Shown one piece after another: positions 11,488 through 24,502 of a DNA stretch of 64,000 bases. The notes below the pieces were generated by a model, which had not been told where the DNA came from, did no database searches, and saw only the letters and a program-made list of their open reading frames with translations. Source of the DNA: Negaprion brevirostris. Lineage: Eukaryota. The stretch is from assembly GCA_030324005.1 (NCBI GenBank), contig JARDVH010000084.1, positions 39,722,585 through 39,786,584 on the forward strand, given 5' to 3'. Both the position numbers and the translations under genes were made by a program. Each line of letters begins with the position of its first letter. Position 1 is the first letter of the stretch.

Positions 11488-13934
11488 TTAATTTCTTAAT
11501 GTGAGTATGTTACCTTTGCTATTGCAAGCCCCATGCAGATGGAATCTAGTCCCTTTGAGGCAAAAGTTACCGTGAGAAGAGATTCACTTCCTCTCTAAGG
11601 TTCATGGTGAACTAATCCAAGCATTCACCTTCCTTTCATTTAGTATGAGGCCCCATGGTACAAACGGAATTAACAGGAATACTGCTTGAACATTGCTATG
11701 GTGCAAACTTTCCACTGAGAAAGTGGTAAAGGTATTTCCCTGAGAAAACATGTCTCACTCATTGATCCAATAGTAAATTACCTCTAGATTATCAGAGATG
11801 CTGTGCCCTGTGGTGGCCTGAAAGGATACTGTTTCATAAAAGCTTAATGCTGTAGTAACCTTGACAGCCATGGGAGTCTTCTTCCAATCCTCAAAGTTTT
11901 ACACAAGGGACACAGGTCACACAGCTTTAAGTGGAAGAAGGGCACCAAAGATAGCTTTCCTCTGTCATGCAGAACGGTGCAGTTTGTAAACATGGGCTCT
12001 TCAGCATCAATATTACTGAGGTATATTTTGATTTGAAGATGTGAGCGCTGAAGATCTATAAGAAAGGATCCCAGTGATTATGCTGGTGTTTTCACCCATC
12101 ATCGCTCTCCATTGCTGGAGTTTGTGACCTCAGTATGTGTTAGGACCAAAAGAAGCAAGTACCACTATACGTGGATCACTAACCTGAAAATAGAACCTCT
12201 GACTATATTTTGGGACCAGATGCCAAGAACCACACCTGCCCCAACTGCTTTGCCCCCCATCAACTCCCACGCAGGCTTCCATCAGCCTGACTTATAAAGG
12301 AGCCAATATCAATTTTTTTTTAAAAAGACCGATGTACTCTTTCAGAACCAGATTCTGATGAAGTTTGCTTCTGCTCATCTAGATGCCAGCATCACTCATC
12401 TCACTCGACATACGAGACCTCATCTCACTTGGCATACAAGACATCAGAACGTCCTGATGGAGTTGGGGGAGTCTCCACCCTTGTGAAAGATTGTTAATGA
12501 CTGTGCCCCTTAAAAAGGCATGTTAGAGAATCCGTTTATAAGTAAAGTCTATCAATGTGCTCTCGAATTACAATGTTAGACTGGCTAGAGCCCCACAGAC
12601 TTTTTGGGCTATTGTCTCCCCTATCCAAACATGCACCAGTACCAAACCATCAAAAATGATTCCTATCCTCCCAAAATAGGTGCAACTTAATTAATTAAGA
12701 AGGCATCGAGGAAGTACGGTTTTAAACAAATCCAGATTTAGAAGGGAAATAAAAGTTTTGAATAATTTCTGTGAAGAAGCAGCAAATACATCAGTACTTC
12801 ACTATTAAGAAGCACCCCAAAGCCGCCCTATATTGTTTAGCAATCACCTACTCATTTTATGTGGACAAGGTGAATTCTGTGGGTGAAGCAATTTAAGTAA
12901 CATTCAAAATAAATTAGGTCTCCATGTACATAATTTGGCTTCATTCTGGCCTCCAAATGCACACATTGCACAATGCAGCACACAGCAAGTCAAGCATGCA
13001 AGTACTTACCCTCAAAACCAAGTACCTCCCTCTCAGGCAGCATACCATGATCACCCACACCTCCCAACCATGCCCACTGCCAGAAACACTCAACTGCTGG
13101 GGAGACAGCACACAAAATGGGTTCGAGACACAGAACAGGAATAAAGGATTACCTTTAACCTTCCGCTGTCAAACAGCTGTGTGCCTTTGAAGTTTTGTAG
13201 CACAGTTTAAAAGATCATGACATCAAGATATCATCAAACTAACACATGAACATCTTTAACCACAAACAAGTACAAAGATCCAATATCTCAACCATCTTAC
13301 CATTATTCGGCAGCAGTCAACAATCAAGGCTCTGCGGGACCCAGCTTCCTTGTTTAAGTTTATACAGTGGAATCCAAAATCTGCCCTTCTCGGTCTCCAC
13401 CAGTGCTGCTTCAACTCGGATGCTGACTCATGTTAGGAAATGATCCCCTGTGCACGTGAAGCCTTCTTCTATTTGACAGTCAATGTCAGCAGGATACTGG
13501 GCTGTGAAAAGCTTTGCAGCTCTGCAAAGTACTTTCCTCACTCAATATTTATTCCTGCATAATGTCACAGGGGTCACTAGGTCAATATCTAGAGTTCACT
13601 AGATATTGATCACCAATGAGAACTTTGGCATTTTGTTTCTTTTCAATTTCAGAGGTTCTGCACGAATCATGATTCTCACTGAAAATTGGCATTAATAGGG
13701 ATCTGCTCTGGAAATATCCTGGTCCATATTATATCAACTGGCCCATTCTTCTCCTGGGTTCCTGAGGCATCGTTTGGCTCANNNNNNNNNNCCCCCCCCA
13801 GCACAAGTCTGACTCTCTGATTTTTTTTTAGTTAGCTGCTTTGTTACTTTCTCCTCATTTTAAATTCTTGCACGCACTTTCCCCCCAGTTAAGCTCTTTG
13901 TTGATTGGTTTAAATTGAGAAACTTTTAGTGCAA

Positions 13935-14085
13935 TAATAGCTTGTATTTATATTGCACTTTTAACATAATAAAACATCCCAAAGTGTTTCACAGGAGCAT
14001 GATCAAACAAGGTTTGACTTGAGCCACACAAGTAAACTTTCGGGCCAGTGACCAAAAGCTTAATAAGATGTAGATTTTAAGATCT
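13935..14085 (-). mobile_element. L2-type LINE/SINE 3' end
   Basis: ttgtatttatattgcacttttaac...catcccaaagtgtttcacagg L2-like tail; a similar one is at ~3790-3910. Confidence 0.5.
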
Positions 14086-14487
14086 TGCTAACCTCCCGAA
14101 TCAAACATCTGCCATCCCTCCCAGGACAAAACATCTCCCCATCCCCAGACTAAACAACAACCCCTCCACCCCCCACTCCACCCCATCCCAGAAGGCTCCC
14201 CTCAGATTGCCCCCACAATTAGTTTTTTAAAAAAGACAAGTAATGACTCATGACAGAAAAGGTGGCTTTATATAGTAGTTCTACTAGATATGATCCTTAC
14301 ACTAATTCCAAATGAACAGAAATAATATTTATTACAATATCTTGTTGAACCATTTCCAGCTTTTGGTGCATGCAATGGGGCTCAGAAACCTCTGCACCCA
14401 AGTTTGTATATATAACAGTCAATGAATTTCAAAATGGTTTGAGACATTTGCTTTTGAAAAGTATAATATCAATCGAAGTATCATCTA

Positions 14488-14926
14488 GTTATAGAGTTTC
14501 ACAGCATGGAAACAGGCCCTTCAGGTCAACATGCCCATGCCACCCTTTTTTTAACCATTTAGCTAGTCCCAATTGTCTGCCTTTGGCCCATATCCCTCTA
14601 CACTCATCTTACTCATGTTAAGTGTCTAAATGCTTTTTAAAAGACAAAATTGTACTCGCCTCTACTACTACCTCTGGTAGTTTGTTCCAGACACTCACCA
14701 CCCTCTGTGAGAAAGATTTACCCCTCTGGAGCCTTTTGCATCTCTCCCTTCTCACCTTAAACCTATGTCCTCTGGTTTTAGACCCCCCCTACTTTTGGGA
14801 AAAGGTGTTGACTATCTCACTGATTTATGCCCCTCATCATTTTATAGACCTCTATAAGATCACACCTAAACCTCCCACGCCCCAGGGGAAAAAAATTATC
14901 ATCTATCCAGCCGCTCCTTATAACTC
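14488..14926 (-). mobile_element. HER1/CR1 LINE 3' fragment
   Basis: Reverse complement of the CR1 ORF2 C-terminus (MRGINQ..., VVSVWNKLP) and 3' UTR. Confidence 0.8.
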
Positions 14927-17900
14927 AAAAACAGAAAATACTGGAAAATCTCAGCAGTCTGACAACAACTGTGGAGAGAGGATAGTTAACCTTTCAACTC
15001 TGGATGATCCTTTGTTCGATCAATAGAAATATTATGTCAGAAAATGATTTAATCATCAGGAATATAACAGAATACTAACTTTGTTCCCCAATGTGACAGC
15101 AGGAAAAGATCCATTTGCATTCATATTGCAAATTATAAAACAAAAAAACTTTTCAGACGCTTCTGACTCAAAATATCCCAAGTCTTTACAGGAAGCGACT
15201 CCTCTCCAAACAGGGAACAGGTTCAAGGTGGACAATGACAAACTAGCTGGACTCACAATAAGAGTAAATTGTCCAGTTGTGGGTTGCACAAACAAAACCT
15301 ACAAAAAAGTATTGTAGAGCAACAAATGTTGAAGTGAACAGGAAGAATAGGTTGAGTAAATTTCTGACAGATATATGGAAAGAAGTTTCACCAACCTAAC
15401 TATGGATTGCACAACCTAACGCATGCTTTCTATTAATGCTCAACTTGAGAACTGGCACCCTGCAAAAATGGAATAATTTGTGGTTAGAATTTCAACTTTT
15501 GATCATATCTACATTTGTAGTTGTAACTGGAAGAAGTAAGTGAGTTTGAAACCATTTACAATGAATTTTGTGGTTAATGAAAAAAAGACATGTAGACTAA
15601 TGATGGAAAAAGTGGCTTTAGACAGTGGTTCTTCCAGACATGATCCTACCACTAATTCCAGACCACAGAAATTATATTTATTATCATATCTTATATCTAC
15701 TTTTCAGAGACCTAGTTGCTAAAATGCTGACCTTTTGGACCAGGAGCTTTAGGATCGAAGATTAAACAAGTGGCACTGCCAATTTTAGCCTTTCTCTGGG
15801 GAAGTTGTGCTGGGTTCAGTCAGGGTGCTAAAGGATGCTGACACAGATCAGAACTTCTCTTGAAAACCTGCCAAGCTGACCAAGAGATTATTAAGGGATT
15901 TGCTGCAGTTATTTTTAGACTGGAGGGTTTTTTTTAAATGTTGCAAAAACCTTGCTCTGTTCTAAAATAGGTAAAACTTTTAACTGGCATACTACCCAAT
16001 TCATTACCAATTTGTATTCAACATTTTATTATCAAAACATGTTTAATACTTGAGTCTTTGTACTAGGCATCTATATGAATATACCATTGGTTAAAAACTT
16101 GTGCTCTAATTAAAATGTTCCGCCTTGTTCCTTTACATAAATTGTTTAACCAATGAAAGCACTATTCATGAGAAAAAAAACAAGGAAATATGGCATAATA
16201 TTGACGGAGAAACTAATCATTGTTGCAAGACTAATATTTCATGACTATTAATCCAGCATTGTAGAGTTGATGCAGTTTACAAGTCTCGAATAATCACAAT
16301 TCAATATGGAAATCCCTTTCAACAAACAGTTCTTAAAAGCAACTGCCTTTCAGTTTCTCTAGAGAAAATTCATGGCCAGGGAAGCAAACCAATAGAGCAC
16401 ATTGTAAATCTTGGACAAAATGCCTTGAACCTTAAGGTTTAAAATAGTTTAATGCTTGAAATGTAAAACAGAAGACAGATGAAAAGACTGGGTATTCCTA
16501 CAATTTATTTCAGCATTTTTTTTTAAGAAATCAGGGGAAAATTTAGTTTCATTCAAATGTGAGTCTAATAATTATTCACCATCACCATCATCTTCCCTGT
16601 CTCTCACGGTGTTGTCTCAGCTTTATTTCCAGACAAAAATAAACACTTTAAGACTTTACTTGTTTGTATTCCTCTCAGCAGTGTGCTACGCATCAGCAGC
16701 TAAAAACAAAGAAACTTTTAGCTGCTCAGACACAGTACAGAAGCGCCTTGAACAACGAACCAAGGGAAAACATTCACAAAGCCTGACAGTCAGTTCAATG
16801 CAAACTTCAGGGCCATAATGCATTCCAAGTCCCTGCACTAATTAAATATGCATTTGCACAGCCCGATCGATGCGAGTCATGGATCGAGTGACACACCTGC
16901 GCATCTTGGGCCGAAAGCTCCCAGAGAAAACACAACCACCTCCTTATCTTTTTTCATAGGCTCTCGATTTCTTCACCCAGATAACTAATTTAATTCTCTC
17001 ACCCTTCAGCGAAACTGGATTAGGAAAGTCAATACTTTCTTTGTGCTCTGATGGTGGATACTGTGCTTTTTATTCAGTTTTGACCTTTCCACAAAGACAA
17101 GACAATGGCATTGGTTCCTACAGTAAGCTGATGCTCCAGGTCTCGCAGGGAAGTAAAATACGACAAAAAAAAATCCCTACTGGCTTGCCTTATACAGGTG
17201 CCCCCACCCCTAGGGAGGGTGAATAAAAATAATATGCAAACGGCATAGATCTAAAACAATGAAATGCGTCTTAATGTACTCCAAATTTAAGTCTCAGCAA
17301 TCAGCTTATATGGTTGGAACAATGTCAGCATAGAGTGACTACAGTGAAGTGTTAACTAATCGTGAATCAGTTGTTACAAGACAGGATTTTGCAATGAAAT
17401 CACACTATTTTTTAATGCACAGATTGTTCACTAGCTTCCTTTTTTTTGCTCCAGATTAGAAGCTAAGCCTTGATACTGTAACAGGAAATGGGGCCTCTGC
17501 ATAGCAATGGATCTCAAAACTATTTCGAGATTTTACATGCTGCAATAAGACCAGAATGGAAGAAAGACAGAAAGCAAATTTTAGTCTGTTCGAGTCATTT
17601 CACAGCGAAGTGTAAAAATCAAAGCCCAAAATACATGTCGACAATTTTAAAGGAGGAACATCAGTGATTGTTACGTTCTGACATTTTCACGGTCCAGTTT
17701 AAAATTGGTAAGTTTCTGCCTGCAGAAATAAAGTGCAAAAATCAACCAGTTGTACATTAGCAACATAGCATACAGAAATTGTTGACATCTTTTATAAAAT
17801 TCACTTGACCAAACAGCTGCGTTGGAAGTAGGTTTTATCGTCATTCCTCATGTTAAAATCTCTTCGCCAAAAAAAGTGTCCATTAAGTCTTAAGGCAGGG

Positions 17901-18699
17901 CAGCAATTGCATGCTACAGCTACCCTTTCGTGTCCTTGGGCTAGGGACGGCATCCCTAAGGATCAAAGGAGAAAAACTCAGCTGTGGAAGCATCCACTAT
18001 CAGGTCATGGACCCGTCCTTCTTGTGCAGGTTTACACATGAAACATGACCGCTTGGGAGAGATACTGGACGATAGTGGGACTGCACTGCAGCAGAGCATC
18101 TTCCAAATGAAGGGAAAGGACATGAAGGCAAAACAATCCAAAGTAAAGGTCTACCATTTTACATTATTGCTGGCAAATATTTGAATGGCAAGGCCAAGGA
18201 AAGGTGCACATCATGTCAGGCAACCCAACAGGTCAGAACTGAAAAACAAAATTGACAACCAATTCTGGAGTAGCCAAGGAGAAGCGCGGTTGGTGGATCA
18301 TAAGATTTAAGAAATTTGAGTGGAAGTAGGCCATTCGACACATCAAGCCTGCTCCTCGTTTCACTGAGACGAAGGCTGGACTGATTGCTCCACTTTCCTG
18401 CATGTTGCACATTATCTGGTTAAACATGCTGCATGCATCCAGATGAACCTTTCTCTACTCTGACCCTATTTGCTGGTGCACTCATATGTTTGTCCTGTCT
18501 TTTCCTGTTACACCCTCATTACCAAGAACCATATCATTACTCTGCACTAATGCCTTGTCCTTCCTCTTTAACTTTCCAAATCTCCCCTCGTGGACCCACC
18601 TCCTCCCACTATTTCGTTTAAATTTCTTTCTACAACACTGTTTATATGATTCTCCAGTAGACTGGTCCCAATGTGGTTTAGTGTTTTCAAATGCAATGT

Positions 18700-19497
18700 A
18701 AACATTTGGAACATTGTATGCTATAAGTGTGAGGTTATCCATTATAGCAGAAAAAATAGAAAAGCAAATTATTACCTAAATGGAAAGCAGATTCAAAATA
18801 TGTCCAGCAGTGTCTATGTTCATGAATTACAGAAAGTCACTATGAAGGTCCAGCACACAATAAAAAAGGCAAATGGAATGTTGGCATTTATTTCAAATGG
18901 GACTGCAGTATAAAAGTTGGTGCGACCGCACTTGGAGTACTGCGTCCAGTTTTGGTCTCCTTATTTGAGGAAGGGTGTGGTGGCATTGGAGGCAGTTCAG
19001 GGGAGGTTCACCAGATTGATTCCAAGGATGAAGAGGTATGACATATGAAAAGAGATTAAACAATTTGGGATATACTTGCTGGCGTTTAGAAGGATGAGAG
19101 GGGATCTGATCGAGGTATATAAACTGTTAAAGGGGGTTAATAAAGTAAATGTAGACCAAATGTTTCCTCTTACGGGGCAATTTAAAATGAAAGGTTACAA
19201 TTATAGGTGCGAGGTGGTAGACTTAAAACTGAGATGAAGAGGAACTACTTCTCGCAGAGGGTGGTGAATTTGTGGAACTCACTGCCCCTTAGCACGGTGG
19301 AGTCTGAATCATTGAATGGTTTCAAGAGAAAGTTGGGCATATTTCTAACAAAAGAAAAGAGAAAGAGGGATATGGGAGCAGTTGGGGAGGTGGATTTGAG
19401 ACCAGGGAGAGGTGAGCCATGATCTGATTTAATGGTGGAGCAGGCGTGAAGGGCTGAACTTGCCTACTTCTGCTCCTAATTCCTGTGTTCCTATGAT
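18700..19497 (+). mobile_element. HER1/CR1 LINE 3' part
   Basis: Degenerate ORF2 peptides [47 protein letters not shown], plus the 3' UTR. Confidence 0.9.
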
Positions 19498-22400
19498 CAC
19501 CTTTGCTGGTTCTTGTGAAAAGCTATCTATTACATACTGCATTCTCAGAACATGACATGACCCCTGTATAGAATGTTGGTGAGACCACATCTGGAGTACT
19601 GTATCCCGTTTTGGTCTTCCAATTCCCAGATTCATCCTTGAATGGGCCAATGACACCAAACTGTGACACTGGAATCTGCAGAGCAATTTTCCTTCAGGAG
19701 CTTCTCGTCATATAAATGGTCGATTTTATTTTGTAAATTGTAATGTAAGCCAATTGTAGCAGCTTGTCTTGGATTTAATGCAATGGAAAAAACCTTACTG
19801 CTTTGCTCTAACTCTGCGCCTCAATCTAACTGCACACGTGACGAACTCTGCAGCCTGAACTCCCCAAGGTGCCGGTTTTAATTTTAGGTATGGACCTTTC
19901 TTTTTCTTTCTGCCCAACAACATTATTGGTCTGATGCCAGGTGTAATCGGCTGACCTGCTGTTGATTCTGCCCCAATGTCGAAAGTTTCAAAGTTCCTAG
20001 TTGGCAAGTGCAGCTCCGATTTCCTTTTCTTGCCTGAAAATAGTTTTATTCTGCCCACATTGCCAGTTTCTTTTTTATCCTGTTATGCACTGCACTCTGA
20101 GGACAAAGGAACATGGAATTGTAGAACATGGGGTTGGATGCAAATAACAATGCAGGTCTATTGATTGGTGTTAATTCTACAAAGGCTTGACCTAGACTGA
20201 GGAAAAGCCCACAAAACAGAGGATGACGGCACAAACTATACACATGACTAGATTCTTAAAGTGCCCACACAAGAACAACCCCAAATATATAACATTAACC
20301 CCTTATTATCCTAATAACTTGCCTTTTATCATATTATTTAATTAGGAGGTAAAGCAAGATTATTTTCTTTGACTAATATGACTGTCATGTGATGTAAATC
20401 TTACTTCTCCCCCTTGATTTGGACAAAGGATGAATATTCCTGGTCTGGATTCTTGAGATAGTTAATGTTTCATCCATGAATAAGTTTACCAGAGATTTCA
20501 GAGTCCTTTGCCCTTGCAGACAGATTGTTTTCATTGACCAGGGTTTTGCCTCAGAAATGTAAATTGTGTATTTCTTTATAATTTGATCTCTGCAGTCATA
20601 GGGGGAATTAGCACCTCTTTAGAGATAACAAGATTTCTGCAGTTTTCTGAAGGCTAGAAATTCCTTGTGCGAGTCCTAGCCAGTCATGGTAGGTCAATGG
20701 AACGCCTTTATTAATGATAGTTTATTAAAAATAAGAAGGATGATATATGCAATATAATTCTTTTCTTTCACATATTCTTGACATGCACAAGCTTATTTAA
20801 AGAAAGTAAAACAATTCAAAAATGCCCCCACTAAAGCTCAGTGAGTAAATGGACTGTGGCAATACTGTGATGAGTTCTACAGAAAGAATAAAAATTCTCC
20901 TCACCATCCTTAGATGAAGAATTGGAAAAATTAGATTGGGCACCAGTCTACTTTCCTATAATTATCCAGTAACTTTCGAATAAAGTTCAGGTATGTGGGC
21001 ATCAGGAGAGAGTTGTGTTCGCTCAAAGCATACAATAAGTGAAAAGATAAGCACTCATTACACACTCTTACATGAAGACTAGCCACTTGAAAACTACATC
21101 AGTGAATAGCAGCTAGAGTTGTATCTCACTATGCAATAACTCTCAGGTTTAGAAATGTAAGAGGCAGTAATTAATGATGTTGGAACTATCTTAGATATAT
21201 GTTTCTAATGGCTCACCGATCCTCTTTTCTTTTCACATTTGTGACATACTCTGATGATTAGTGGTCTCTGCTACAGCACTATAATACAGAGGAAGACAGT
21301 TGCATTGTAGTACAATGAACTGCTTGGAAGTGCATTATGAATAAGATTGAAAGATAGTTTTGTGCATTTGGTGACCAGAGTAATGAGCTGTATGCTTTAA
21401 AAAGATGAAATATGCAGTACAGGTGATGGTGTAGGCACTTCTGTGCCCAAGAATATTTTTATTTTCAAAGAGACACAGCTAAGTCTTAAAAAGCATCAGT
21501 TGTCAAGAGAGAAAATAGCTGTTATGCTGGGTTAGGATGAACATTGTTCCACTCTCTATAGAAAGCACAGCACTTAAGAGTGCAGATGCCAGAACAAGTA
21601 ATAATGATAAATAGTCCTACTATAAAGACAACACCAGCTATACAGGGGCTCATTGCATGCTTACATTACTGAAATATCAATTATCACTGCAAGCACACAC
21701 AACAACAATTGCTTGCTCCAATAGTTAAAGAAGGCCACAATTTTAGGTTATCAACAGTTCCAAACAGTGCAATTAATGTTTACCTGCACAAGTACAGAAA
21801 ACCATGCAAACATTAGAAGGTGCAAGGGTGACTGGATTTGCACTGAGTTATAAAGTGAATGCAATATTTGCATAACATGCTTTGAGGAACCAGTAATGAG
21901 AGGTCATCCTACATGAAACCAATAAAGAGCCGGCTGACATCCACTAGGGTTCATTGTATGAAAAATGGCAATTTTGATGAAGGTAGCTGACATGTCTGCA
22001 AACGTACTCCAGCATGATTTAGGGGAGAGGAGAAAGGGAATAAATGGAGCTGGAAACGCACAGGTCTGTCAACATCTTGGAAAAGACAGATACAAAATTC
22101 AAGTACAATTCAAAAAAGTGAACCTATCTTTTTTCTGTCAGCATTGACAGATCTGTTATGTTTTTTCAGCACATGCAGTTTCTTTTATTTCTTAGATAAC
22201 ACTTTATTGAAAGGAAAGAAAAATCCAGCGATTCAGTACTGCAGTGTAATTTTTATATATTTTTGCGCAGACATTTCCCCCCTGGTCTTGGTATAAGCAT
22301 CTTCCAGAGAAAGTAAACTCTGTACTTTTAATATGGTGAACATTATTCTGAAGGCAAAGGATTAATATACTAATCAATTTTATTTCATTGTTATATGACA

Positions 22401-23514
22401 GAATCCATGTCATTATCAGGCCATGTGGGACATTAAGAAGGACTGCAGAACGGCTAGAGACAAAGTTGCAAGTGATAGAGAAAGTCCAAAAACTAAAAGG
22501 GGAAGATAAGGACATAAGTGGGAAGATTGTGAGAAATTATATGAACTAAGTATGAAAGGTTTAGAAAGTTAGTTTTCTTTTTAAATCAGAGAATCAGAAT
22601 TATTCACCACATTATATTGTATTCATGATCTGATGAGATGATGACTGATACAGAGATGTGAAAATGCTTTCACTCCCAGATCATTAAACTATTTAGGAAT
22701 TTTGTAAACAGGAAAATCTGGGAGATTCGAGGTGGAATCTGCACTTTGGTTTTTGAGGGGAAAAGAAAAATGGAAGTTTAGATTATAAAAAGCAAACTGA
22801 AATCTCCAAACCACCAAATCAGATCAGAAGTAGATTAGCAAATAAAATATCTACCACGCAAATTGCATTGAGAATTACTGATAAAATTACCAAATGATTC
22901 CATATAACTTTCCAGGACATTTCAGAAAGCTTTCTCAACTGTACATTTCAGGTAGTATTTTCATAAGTCCAAGCTTTACTATTTAGAGAATTCCTAAAAT
23001 TACGTCACTCAGCCAAAATACATTTCGTGAAATCATGCCCAATGTTAATTATTTAGTATAACACACACAAAGAAAATCTCTGATCAGTTGGACTTTAAGC
23101 TCTGGGATTGATAGGAAACTACAATTTGTTACAAAAGGAATAAATTGTGACAATTTGTAACTATAGTACTTGTTTTTTAAATATATGTTAACAACCCCAT
23201 TTAAAAAAAACTGACCATCTTAAATGCCCAAATTTCTCTTTGCCTCTGCTGGCTTGCTCTGCAAGTGCGGAATAGTTCTTCTCTTAAACATTGTCTCCCT
23301 GGCATTACCATTTGTCAATCTAAAACACCTACTCTGTGATGCTTTCCTAATAATGTTGAGCCCCACTCACACAGCAACTTAATTACTTGGGTAAAGAAAT
23401 TCATTTGAAATTCTGATGACCATCAAGGCATTGCAGCTACCTGTGAGGGAAGTTGACTCCTTAAAGCAATCATTTCACTTTGTTTATTTCTGCTCAGGTT
23501 CATGGTAATATTTC

Positions 23515-23838
23515 ACAGAATCATAGAGTTCTTACAGAGCAAAAGAAGGCCATTCGGCCCATCGAGTCTGCACTGACCCAATCCCACCACATACATTCCT
23601 GTAACCCCACATATTTTCCCTGCTAATCCCCCTGACATTAGGGTCAATTTAGCATGGCCTATCAACATAACCCGCACATCTTTGGATTGTGGGAGGGAAC
23701 CGGAGCACCCAGAGGAAACCTACACAGACACGGGGAGAATATGCAAACTCCACACAGTCAGTGACCCAAGGCCAGAATTGAACCCAGGTCCCTGGCACTG
23801 TGACGCAGCAATGCTAACCACTGTGCCATCATGCCACC
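23515..23838 (-). mobile_element. HE1-type V-SINE
   Basis: Full head, V-domain and tail in reverse orientation. Confidence 0.88.
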
Positions 23839-24039
23839 TGTTTTGTTTTACCAAATTTCTGCAATAAATATGTGATAAAGTTTTGGTAACTGTGGTTAAA
23901 TATTTGTAATTTTTGTTCTGTGAATGCAGGAAGGGAGAAACACCTTTGACCAGATCCTTTCCCTAACCACTTTCTTGAAAATGGCTTTGAGTTTCAAAAC
24001 AGGTGCTCAAGCCTTAGAACGTGTGCTCTTGCTATTAGC

Positions 24040-24502
24040 TATTCGACTGCAGAGAACTGTTCACCAGTATGGTACAATTCATCACATACCAGTCCTGTAG
24101 ATACACGGCTCAACACAATAATGCGCATCATCTCAGATACCCTCTGATCAACTCTATTCCCTTGCCTCTGAATCCTGAGCAACATCCCACTCCCTCACGA
24201 GGAGAGAGAATGCAACAAGAGGCCTTTGAAAAAAGTTTACAGCAGCCGAAGCCTGCTGCTAAACAAGAACCTTAACAATCCACCTGCTGCTCACCTTCCA
24301 CCATGCCAGCCTATATGGCTTTGTCCTCTGTGCCAAGAATAACAGCAGAGGCCCTATGGGGGAAGCAATGGAACCAACACGCCACCATTAAAAACCACTT
24401 CCTCATCACAGATCCCACAGCCTGCCCAACCAGTTTTAACTTGCCATGCCAACAATGCGCAATCCTCAATTGTTTCTGCACTGGCCAAGGTCTTTGTGCA
24501 GC
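24040..24502 (+). mobile_element. Vingi/Ingi-like LINE C-terminal fragment
   Basis: MRIISDTL..ST...ILSNIP and ITDPT...FNLP.QQ.AILN.F.TGQGLCA resemble I-group/Vingi C-terminal motifs; clade assigned from memory. Confidence 0.5.

Noticed and set aside
12395-12445. Two-copy ~23 bp tandem repeat (a similar 27 bp one lies at ~32844-32890)
   Set aside because: Ordinary slippage duplications with no array structure; not CRISPR-like.
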